Assembly (NCBI GenBank): GCA_032718475.1
Contig: JAUCBJ010001598.1
Location: forward strand, 1 to 64,000
Direction: 5' to 3'
Length of the DNA stretch: 64,000 bases
Source: Nemertoderma westbladi
Taxonomy: Eukaryota; Animalia; Xenacoelomorpha
In this document: one piece after another, positions 49,164-61,100 of the stretch
Layout: every line of letters begins with the position of its first letter
Numbering within the stretch: the first letter of the stretch is position 1
Position numbers and translations under genes: made by a program
The notes under the pieces: model-generated
The model's database searches: none
What the model was told of the DNA's origin: nothing
What the model saw: only the letters and a program-made list of their open reading frames with translations

Positions 49164-52100
49164 ATTGGTTTCCTAGTTGAGTCTGTACTATTCTACGCTA
49201 TCATTTGTTTCCCAGGCACCCCGTTGAGTCTGTACTATTCTACGCTATCATTTGTTTCCCATGCACTCCGTTGAGTCTGTACTATTCTACGCTATCATTT
49301 GTTTCCCAGGCACCCCGTTGAGTCTGTACTATTCTACGCTATCATTTGTTTCCCAGACACCCCGTTGAGTCTGTACTATTCTACGCTATAATTTGTTTCC
49401 CAGGCACCCCGTTGAGTCTGTACTATTCTACGCTATCATTTGTTTCCCAGGCACCCCGTTAAGTCTGTACTATTCTACGCTATCATTTGTTTCCCAGGCA
49501 CCCCGTTGAGTCTACTATTCTACGCTATCATTTGTTTCCCAGGCACCCCGTTGAGTCTGTACTATTCTACGCTATCATTTGTTTCCCAGACACCCCGTTG
49601 AGTCTGTACTATTCTACGCTATCATTTGTTTCCCATGCACCCCGTTGAGTCTGTACTATTCTACATTATCATTTGTTTCCCAGGCACCCCGTTGAGTCTG
49701 TACTATTCTACGCTATCCTTTGTTTCCCAGGCACCCCGTTGAGTCTACTATTCTACGCTATCATTTGTTTCCCAGGCACCCCGTTGAGTCTGTACTATTC
49801 TACGCTATCATTTGTTTCCCAGGCACCCCGTTGCGTCTACTATTCTACGCTATCATTTGTTTCCCAGGCACCCCGTTGAGTCTACTATTCTACGCTATCA
49901 TTTGTTTCCCATGCACTCCGTTGAGTCTACTATTCTACGCTATCATTTGTTTCCCAGGCACCCCGTTGAGTCTGTACTATTCTACGCTATCATTTGTTTC
50001 CCAGGCACCCCGTTGAGTCTACTATTCTACGCTATCATTTGTTTCCCATGCACTCCGTTGAGTCTACTATTCTACGCTATCATTTGTTTCCCAGGCACCC
50101 CGTTGAGTCTACTATTCTACGCTATCATTTGTTTCCCATGCACCCCGTTGAGTCTGTACTATTCTACGCTATCATTTGTTTCCCAGGCACCCCGTTGAGT
50201 CTACTATTCTACGCTATCATTTGTTTCCCATGCACTCCGTTGAGTCTACTATTCTACGCTATCATTTGTTTCCCAGGCACCCCGTTGAGTCTACTATTCT
50301 ACGCTATCATTTGTTTCCCATGCACCCCGTTGAGTCTGTACTATTATACGCTATCATTTGTTTCCCAGGCACCCCGTTGAGTCTACTATTCTACGCTATC
50401 ATTTGTTTCCCATGCACTCCGTTGAGTCTACTATTCTACGCTATCATTTGTTTCCCAGGCACCCCGTTGAGTCTACTATTCTACGCTATCATTTGTTTCC
50501 CATGCACCCCGTTGAGTCTGTACTATTCTACGCTATCATTTGTTTCCCAGGCACCCCGTTGAGTCTACTATTCTACGCTATCATTTGTTTCCCATGCACT
50601 CCGTTGAGTCTACTATTCTACGCTATCATTTGTTTCCCAGGCACCCCGTTGAGTCTACTATTCTACGCTATCATTTGTTTCCCATGCACCCCGTTGAGTC
50701 TGTACTATTATACGCTATCATTTGTTTCCCAGGCACCCCGTTGAGTCTACTATTCTACGCTATCATTTGTTTCCCATGCACTCCGTTGAGTCTACTATTC
50801 TACGCTATCATTTGTTTCCCAGGCACCCCGTTGAGTCTACTATTCTACGCTATCATTTGTTTCCCATGCACCCCGTTGAGTCTGTACTATTCTACGCTAT
50901 CATTTGTTTCCCAGGCACCCCGTTGAGTCTACTATTCTACGCTATCATTTGTTTCCCATGCACTCCGTTGAGTCTACTATTCTACGCTATCATTTGTTTC
51001 CCAGGCACCCCGTTGAGTCTACTATTCTACGCTATCATTTGTTTCCCATGCACCCCGTTGAGTCTGTACTATTATACGCTATCATTTGTTTCCCAGGCAC
51101 CCCGTTGAGTCTACTATTCTACGCTATCATTTGTTTCCCAGGCACGCCGTTGAGTCTACTATTCTACATTATCATTTGTTTCCCAGGCACCTCGTTGAGT
51201 CTGTACTATTATACGCTATCATTTGTTTCCCAGGCACCCCGTTGAGTCTACTATTCTACGCTATCATTTGTTTCCCAGGCACGCCGTTGAGTCTACTATT
51301 CTACATTATCATTTGTTTCCCAGGCACCCCGTTGAGTCTGTACTATTCTACGCTATCCTTTGTTTCCCAGGTACCCCGTTGAGTCTGTACTATTCTACGC
51401 TATCATTTGTTTCCCATGCACCCCGTTGAGTCTACTATTCTACATTATCATTTGTTTCCCATGCACCCCGTTGAGTCTGTACTATTCTACGCTATCATTT
51501 GTTTCCCAGGCACTCCGTTGAGTCTACTATTCTACGCTATCATTTGTTTCCCAGGCACCCCGTTGAGTCTACTATTCTACGCTATCATTTGTTTCCCAGG
51601 CACCCCGTTGAGTCTACTATTCTACGCTATCATTTGTTTCCCAGGCACTCCGTTGAGTCTGTACTATTCTACGCTGTCATTTGTTTCCCAGGCACGCCGT
51701 TGAGTCTGTACTATTCTACGCTATCATTTGTTTCCCAGGCACCCTGTTGAGTCTGTCTGTACTATTCTACGCTACCATTTGTTTCCCAGGTACCCCGTTG
51801 AGTCTGTACTATTCTACGCTATCATTTGTTTCCCAGGCACTCCGTTGCGTCTACTATTCTACGCTATCGTTTGTTTCCCAGGCACCCTGTTGAGTCTGTA
51901 CTATTCTACGCTATCATTTGTTTCCCAGACACCCCGTTGAGTCTGTACTATTCTACGCTATCATTTGTTTCCCAGGCACCCCGTTGAGTCTACTATTCTA
52001 CGCTATCATTTGTTTCCCAGGCACCCTGTTGAGTCTACTATTCTACGCTATCATTTGTTTCCCAGGCACCCCGTTGAGTCTGTACTATTCTACGCTATCA

Positions 52101-55100
52101 TTTGTTTCCCAGACACCCCGTTGAGTCTGTACTATTCTACGCTATCATTTGTTTCCCAGGTACCCCGTTGAGTCTGTACTATTCTACGCTATCATTTGTT
52201 TCCCAGGCACCCCGTTGAGTCTGTACTATTCTACGCTATCATTTGTTTCCCAGGTACCCCGTTGAGTCTGTACTATTCTACGCTATCATTTGTTTCCCAG
52301 GTACCCCGTTGAGTCTGTACTATTCTACGCTATCATTTGTTTCCCAGACACCCCGTTGAGTCTGTACTATTCTACGCTATCATTTGTTTCCCAGGTACCC
52401 CGTTGAGTCTGTACTATTCTACGCTATCATTTGTTTCCCAGGCACCCTGTTGAGTCTACTATTCTACGCTATCATTTGTTTCCCAGGCACCCCGTTGAGT
52501 CTGTACTATTCTACATTATCATTTGTTTCCCAGGCACCCCGTTGAGTCTGTACTATTCTACGCTATCATTTGTTTCCCAGACACCCCGTTGAGTCTGTAC
52601 TATTCTACGCTATCATTTGTTTCCCAGACACCCCGTTGAGTCTGTACTATTCTACGCTATCATTTGTTTCCCAGACACCCCGTTGAGTCTGTACTATTCT
52701 ACGCTATCATTTGTTTCCCAGACACCCCGTTGAGTCTGTACTATTATACGCTATCATTTGTTTCCCAGGCACCCTGTTGAGTCTACTATTCTACGCTATC
52801 ATTTGTTTCTCAGGCACCCCGTTGAGTCTGTACTATTCTACGCTATCATTTGTTTCCCAGGCACCCCGTTGAGTCTGTACTATTATACGCTATCATTTGT
52901 TTCCCAGGCACCCCGTTGAGTCTACTATTCTACGCTATCATTTGTTTCCCATGCACCCCGTTGAGTCTACTATTCTACGCTATCATTTGTTTCCCAGACA
53001 CCCCGTTGAGTCTGTACTATTATACGCTATCATTTGTTTCCCAGGCACCCTGTTGAGTCTACTATTCTACGCTATCATTTGTTTCCCAGGCACCCCGTTG
53101 AGTCTGTACTATTCTACATTATCATTTGTTTCCCAGGCACCCCGTTGAGTCTGTACTATTCTACGCTATCATTTGTTTCCCAGGCACCCTGTTGAGTCTG
53201 TACTATTCTACGTTATCATTTTTTTCCCAGGCACCCTGTTGAGTCTGTCTGTACTATTCTACGCTATCATTTCTTTCCCAGGCACCCTGTTGAGTCTGTA
53301 CTATTCTACGCTATTATTTGTTTCCCAGGCACCCCGTTGCGTCTGTCTGTACTATTCTACGCTACCATTTGTTTCCCAGGCACCCCGTTGAGTCTACAAT
53401 TCTACGCTATCATTTGTTTCCCATGCACCCCGTTGAGTCTGCCTGTACTATTCTACGCTATCATTTGTTTCCCAGGCACCCTGTTGAGTCTGTACTATTC
53501 TACGCTATCATTTGTTTCCCAGGCACCCCGTTGAGTCTGTCTGTACTATTCTACGCTACCATTTGTTTCCCAGGCACCCCGTTGAGTCTGTACTATTCTA
53601 CGCTACCATTTGTTTCCCAGGCACCCCGTTGAGTCTGTACTATTCTACGCTATCATTTGTTTCCCAGGCACCCCGTTGAGTCTGTACTATTCTACGCTAT
53701 CATTTGTTTCCCAGGCACCCCGTTGAGTCTGTCTGTACTATTCTACGCTATCATTTGTTTCCCAGGCACCCTGTTGAGTCTGTCTGTACTATTCTACGCT
53801 ATCATTTGTTTCCCAGGCACCCTGTTGAGTCTGTCTGTACTATTCTACGCTATCATTTGTTTCCCAGGCACCCCGTTGAGTCTGTACTATTCTACGCTAT
53901 CATTTGTTTCCCAGGCACCCCGTTGAGTCTGTCTGTACTATTCTACGCTATCATTTGTTTCCCAGGCACCCCGTTGAGTCTGTCTGTACTATTCTACGCT
54001 ATCATTTGTTTCCCAGGCACCCTGTTGAGTCTGTCTGTACTATTCTACGCTATCATTTGTTTCCCAGGCACCCCGTTGAGTCTGTACTATTCTACGCTAT
54101 CATTTGTTTCCCAGGCACCCCGTTGAGTCTGTACTATTCTACGCTATCATTTGTTTCCCAGGCACCCCGTTGAGTCTACAATTCTACGCTATCATTTGTT
54201 TCCCAGACACCCCGTTGAGTCTACAATTCTACGCTATCATTTGTTTCCCAGGCACCCCGTTGAGTCTGTCTGTACTATTCTACGCTATCATTTGTTTCCC
54301 AGGCACCCTGTTGAGTCTGTCTGTACTATTCTACGCTATCATTTGTTTCCCAGGCACCCCGTTGAGTCTGTACTATTCTACGCTATCATTTGTTTCCCAG
54401 GCACCCCGTTGAGTCTGTACTATTCTACGCTATCATTTGTTTCCCAGGCACCCCGTTGAGTCTGTACTATTCTACGCTATCATTTGTTTCCCAGGCACCC
54501 CGTTGAGTCTGTACTATTCTACGCTATCATTTGTTTCCCAGGCACCCCGTTGAGTCTGTCTGTACTATTCTACGCTATCATTTGTTTCCCAGGCACCCTG
54601 TTGAGTCTGTCTGTACTATTCTACGCTATCATTTGTTTCCCAGGCACCCCGTTGAGTCTGTACTATTCTACGCTATTATTTGTTTCCCAGGCACCCCGTT
54701 GAGTCTGTACTATTCTACGCTATCATTTGTTTCCCAGGCACCCCGTTGAGTCTACAATTCTACGCTATCATTTGTTTCCCAGACACCCCGTTGAGTCTAC
54801 AATTCTACGCTATCATTTGTTTCCCAGGCACCCCGTTGAGTCTGTCTGTACTATTCTACGCTATCATTTGTTTCCCAGGCACCCCGTTGAGTCTGTACTA
54901 TTCTACGCTATCACTTGTTTCCCAGGCACCCCGTTGAGTCTGTACTATTCTACGCTATCATTTGTTTCCCAGGCACCCCGTTGAGTCTGTACTATTCTAC
55001 GCTATCATTTGTTTCCCAGGCACCCCGTTGAGTCTGTACTATTCTACGCTATCATTTGTTTCCCAGGCACCCCGTTGAGTCTGTACTATTCTACGTTAGC

Positions 55101-58100
55101 ATTTGTTTCCCAGGCACCCCGTTGAGTCTGTACTATTCTACGCTATCATTTGTTTCCCAGGCACCCCGTTGAGTCTGTACTATTCTACGCTATCATTTGT
55201 TTCCCAGGCACCCCGTTGAGTCTGTACTATTCTACGTTAGCATTTGTTTCCCAGGCACCCCGTTGAGTCTGTACTATTCTACGCTATCATTTGTTTCCCA
55301 GGCACCCCGTTGAGTCTGTACTATTCTACGCTATCATTTGTTTCCCAGGCACCCCGTTGAGTCTGTACTATTCTACGTTAGCATTTGTTTCCCAGGCACC
55401 CCGTTGAGTCTGTACTATTCTACGCTATCATTTGTTTCCCAGGCACCCCGTTGAGTCTGTACTATTCTACGCTATCATTTGTTTCCCAGGTACCCCGTTG
55501 AGTCTGTACTATTCTACGCTATCATTTGTTTCCCAGACACCCCGTTGAGTCTGTACTATTCTACGCTATCATTTGTTTCCCAGGCACCCCGTTGAGTCTG
55601 TACTATTCTACGCTATCATTTGTTTCCCAGGCACCCCGTTGAGTCTACAATTCTACGCTATCATTTGTTTCCCAGGCACCCCGTTGAGTCTGCCTGTACT
55701 ATTCTACGCTATCATTTGTTTCCCAGGCACCCTGTTGAGTCTGTACTATTCTACGCTATCATTTGTTTCCCAGGCACCCCGTTGAGTCTGTCTGTACTAT
55801 TCTACGCTATCATTTGTTTCCCAGGCACCCCGTTGAGTCTGTACTATTCTACGCTATCATTTGTTTCCCAGGCACCCCGTTGAGTCTACAATTCTACGCT
55901 ATCATTTGTTTCCCAGGCACCCCGTTGAGTCTGTACTATTCTACATTATCATTTGTTTCCCAGGCACCCCGTTGAGTCTACTATTCTACATTATCATTTG
56001 TTTCCCAGGCACCCCGTTGAGTCTGTACTATTCTACGCTATCATTTGTTTCCCAGGCACCCCGTTGAGTCTGTACTATTCTACGCTATCCTTTGTTTCCC
56101 AGACACCCCGTTGAGTCTGTACTATTCTACGCTATCATTTGTTTCCCATGCACCCCGTTGAGTCTACAATTATACGCTATCATTTGTTTCCCAGGCACCC
56201 TGTTGAGTCTGTCTGTACTATTCTACGCTATCATTTGTTTCCCAGACACCCCGTTGAGTCTGTACTATTCTACGCTATCCTTTGTTTCCCAGACACCCCG
56301 TTGAGTCTGTACTATTCTACGCTATCATTTGTTTCCCATGCACCCCGTTGAGTCTACTATTCTACGCTATCATTTGTTTCCCAGGCACTCCGTTGAGTCT
56401 GTACTATTCTACGCTGTCATTTGTTTCCCAGGCACGCCGTTGAGTCTGTACTATTCTACGCTATCATTTGTTTCCCAGGCACCCCGTTGAGTCTGTACTA
56501 TTCTACGCTATCATTTGTTTCCCAGGCACCCTGTTGAGTCTGTCTGTACTATTCTACGCTACCATTTGTTTCCCAGGCACCCCGTTGAGTCTACAATTCT
56601 ACGCTATCATTTGTTTCCCAGGCACCCCGTTGAGTCTGTACTATTCTACATTATCATTTGTTTCCCAGGCACCCCGTTGAGTCTACTATTCTACATTATC
56701 ATTTGTTTCCCAGGCACTCCGTTGAGTCTGTCTGTACTATTCTACGCTATCATTTGTTTCCCAGGCACCCTGTTGAGTCTGTCTGTACTATTCTACGCTA
56801 CCATTTGTTTCCCAGGCACCCCGTTGAGTCTACAATTCTACGCTATCATTTGTTTCCCAGGCACCCCGTTGAGTCTGTACTATTCTACATTATCATTTGT
56901 TTCCCAGGCACCCCGTTGAGTCTACTATTCTACGCTAGCATTTGTTTCCCAGACACCCCGTTGAGTCTGTACTATTCTACGCTATCCTTTGTTTCCCAGA
57001 CACCCCGTTGAGTCTGTACTATTCTACGCTATCATTTGTTTCCCATGCACCCCGTTGAGTCTACTATTCTACGCTATCATTTGTTTCCCAGGCACTCCGT
57101 TGAGTCTGTACTATTCTACGCTGTCATTTGTTTCCCAGGCACGCCGTTGAGTCTGTACTATTCTACGCTATCATTTGTTTCCCAGGCACCCTGTTGAGTC
57201 TGTCTGTACTATTCTACGCTACCATTTGTTTCCCAGGTACCCCGTTGAGTCTGTACTATTCTACGCTATCATTTGTTTCCCAGGCACTCCGTTGCGTCTA
57301 CTATTCTACGCTATCATTTGTTTCCCAGGCACCCTGTTGAGTCTGTACTATTCTACGCTATCATTTGTTTCCCAGACACCCCGTTGAGTCTGTACTATTC
57401 TACGCTATCATTTGTTTCCCAGGCACTCCGTTGAGTCTACTATTCTACGCTATCATTTGTTTCCCAGGCACCCCGTTGAGTCTACTATTCTACGCTATAA
57501 TTTGTTTCCCAGGCACCCCGTTGAGTCTACTATTCTACGCTATCATTTGTTTCCCAGGCACCCCGTTGAGTCTGTACTATTCTACGCTAGCATTTGTTTC
57601 CCAGGCACCCCGTTGAGTCTACTATTCTACGCTATCATTTGTTTCCCAGGCACTCCGTTGAGTCTGTACTATTCTACGCTATCATTTGTTTCCCAGGCAC
57701 CCCGTTGAGTCTGTACTATTCTACGCTATCATTTGTTTCCCAGGCACCCCGTTGAGTCTACTATTCTACGCTATCATTTGTTTCCCAGGCACCCCGTTGA
57801 GTCTGTACTATTCTACGCTAGCATTTGTTTCCCAGGCACCCCGTTGAGTCTACTATTCTACGCTATCATTTGTTTCCCAGGCACTCCGTTGAGTCTGTAC
57901 TATTCTACGCTGTCATTTGTTTCCCAGGCACGCCGTTGAGTCTGTACTATTCTACGCTATCATTTGTTTCCCAGGCACCCTGTTGAGTCTGTCTGTACTA
58001 TTCTACGCTACCATTTGTTTCCCAGGTACCCCGTTGAGTCTGTACTATTCTACGCTATCATTTGTTTCCCAGGCACTCCGTTGCGTCTACTATTCTACGC

Positions 58101-61100
58101 TATCATTTGTTTCCCAGGCACCCTGTTGAGTCTGTACTATTCTACGCTATCATTTGTTTCCCAGACACCCCGTTGAGTCTGTACTATTCTACGCTATCAT
58201 TTGTTTCCCAGGCACCCCGTTGAGTCTACTATTCTACGCTATCATTTGTTTCCCAGGCACCCTGTTGAGTCTACTATTCTACGCTATCATTTGTTTCCCA
58301 GGCACCCCGTTGAGTCTGTACTATTCTACGCTATCATTTGTTTCCCAGACACCCCGTTGAGTCTGTACTATTCTACGCTATCATTTGTTTCCCAGGTACC
58401 CCGTTGAGTCTGTACTATTCTACGCTATCATTTGTTTCCCAGGCACCCCGTTGAGTCTGTACTATTCTACGCTATCATTTGTTTCCCAGGTACCCCGTTG
58501 AGTCTGTACTATTCTACGCTATCATTTGTTTCCCAGGTACCCCGTTGAGTCTGTACTATTCTACGCTATCATTTGTTTCCCAGACACCCCGTTGAGTCTG
58601 TACTATTCTACGCTATCATTTGTTTCCCAGGTACCCCGTTGAGTCTGTACTATTCTACGCTATCATTTGTTTCCCAGGCACCCTGTTGAGTCTACTATTC
58701 TACGCTATCATTTGTTTCCCAGGCACCCCGTTGAGTCTGTACTATTCTACATTATCATTTGTTTCCCAGGCACCCCGTTGAGTCTGTACTATTCTACGCT
58801 ATCATTTGTTTCCCAGACACCCCGTTGAGTCTGTACTATTCTACGCTATCATTTGTTTCCCAGACACCCCGTTGAGTCTGTACTATTATACGCTATCATT
58901 TGTTTCCCAGGCACCCTGTTGAGTCTACTATTCTACGCTATCATTTGTTTCCCAGGCACCCCGTTGAGTCTGTACTATTCTACGCTATCATTTGTTTCCC
59001 AGACACCCCGTTGAGTCTGTACTATTATACGCTATCATTTGTTTCCCAGGCACCCTGTTGAGTCTACTATTCTACGCTATCATTTGTTTCTCAGGCACCC
59101 CGTTGAGTCTGTACTATTCTACGCTATCATTTGTTTCCCAGGCACCCCGTTGAGTCTGTACTATTATACGCTATCATTTGTTTCCCAGGCACCCCGTTGA
59201 GTCTACTATTCTACGCTATCATTTGTTTCCCATGCACCCCGTTGAGTCTACTATTCTACGCTATCATTTGTTTCCCAGACACCCCGTTGAGTCTGTACTA
59301 TTATACGCTATCATTTGTTTCCCAGGCACCCTGTTGAGTCTACTATTCTACGCTATCATTTGTTTCCCAGGCACCCCGTTGAGTCTGTACTATTCTACAT
59401 TATCATTTGTTTCCCAGGCACCCCGTTGAGTCTGTACTATTCTACGCTATCATTTGTTTCCCAGGCACCCTGTTGAGTCTGTACTATTCTACGTTATCAT
59501 TTTTTTCCCAGGCACCCTGTTGAGTCTGTCTGTACTATTCTACGCTATCATTTCTTTCCCAGGCACCCTGTTGAGTCTGTACTATTCTACGCTATTATTT
59601 GTTTCCCAGGCACCCCGTTGCGTCTGTCTGTACTATTCTACGCTACCATTTGTTTCCCAGGCACCCCGTTGAGTCTACAATTCTACGCTATCATTTGTTT
59701 CCCATGCACCCCGTTGAGTCTGCCTGTACTATTCTACGCTATCATTTGTTTCCCAGGCACCCTGTTGAGTCTGTACTATTCTACGCTATCATTTGTTTCC
59801 CAGGCACCCCGTTGAGTCTGTCTGTACTATTCTACGCTACCATTTGTTTCCCAGGCACCCCGTTGAGTCTGTACTATTCTACGCTACCATTTGTTTCCCA
59901 GGCACCCCGTTGAGTCTGTACTATTCTACGCTATCATTTGTTTCCCAGGCACCCCGTTGAGTCTGTACTATTCTACGCTATCATTTGTTTCCCAGGCACC
60001 CCGTTGAGTCTGTCTGTACTATTCTACGCTATCATTTGTTTCCCAGGCACCCTGTTGAGTCTGTCTGTACTATTCTACGCTATCATTTGTTTCCCAGGCA
60101 CCCTGTTGAGTCTGTCTGTACTATTCTACGCTATCATTTGTTTCCCAGGCACCCCGTTGAGTCTGTACTATTCTACGCTATCATTTGTTTCCCAGGCACC
60201 CCGTTGAGTCTGTCTGTACTATTCTACGCTATCATTTGTTTCCCAGGCACCCCGTTGAGTCTGTCTGTACTATTCTACGCTATCATTTGTTTCCCAGGCA
60301 CCCTGTTGAGTCTGTCTGTACTATTCTACGCTATCATTTGTTTCCCAGGCACCCCGTTGAGTCTGTACTATTCTACGCTATCATTTGTTTCCCAGGCACC
60401 CCGTTGAGTCTGTACTATTCTACGCTATCATTTGTTTCCCAGGCACCCCGTTGAGTCTACAATTCTACGCTATCATTTGTTTCCCAGACACCCCGTTGAG
60501 TCTACAATTCTACGCTATCATTTGTTTCCCAGGCACCCCGTTGAGTCTGTCTGTACTATTCTACGCTATCATTTGTTTCCCAGGCACCCTGTTGAGTCTG
60601 TCTGTACTATTCTACGCTATCATTTGTTTCCCAGGCACCCCGTTGAGTCTGTACTATTCTACGCTATCATTTGTTTCCCAGGCACCCCGTTGAGTCTGTA
60701 CTATTCTACGCTATCATTTGTTTCCCAGGCACCCCGTTGAGTCTGTACTATTCTACGCTATCATTTGTTTCCCAGGCACCCCGTTGAGTCTGTACTATTC
60801 TACGCTATCATTTGTTTCCCAGGCACCCCGTTGAGTCTGTCTGTACTATTCTACGCTATCATTTGTTTCCCAGGCACCCTGTTGAGTCTGTCTGTACTAT
60901 TCTACGCTATCATTTGTTTCCCAGGCACCCCGTTGAGTCTGTACTATTCTACGCTATTATTTGTTTCCCAGGCACCCCGTTGAGTCTGTACTATTCTACG
61001 CTATCATTTGTTTCCCAGGCACCCCGTTGAGTCTACAATTCTACGCTATCATTTGTTTCCCAGACACCCCGTTGAGTCTACAATTCTACGCTATCATTTG

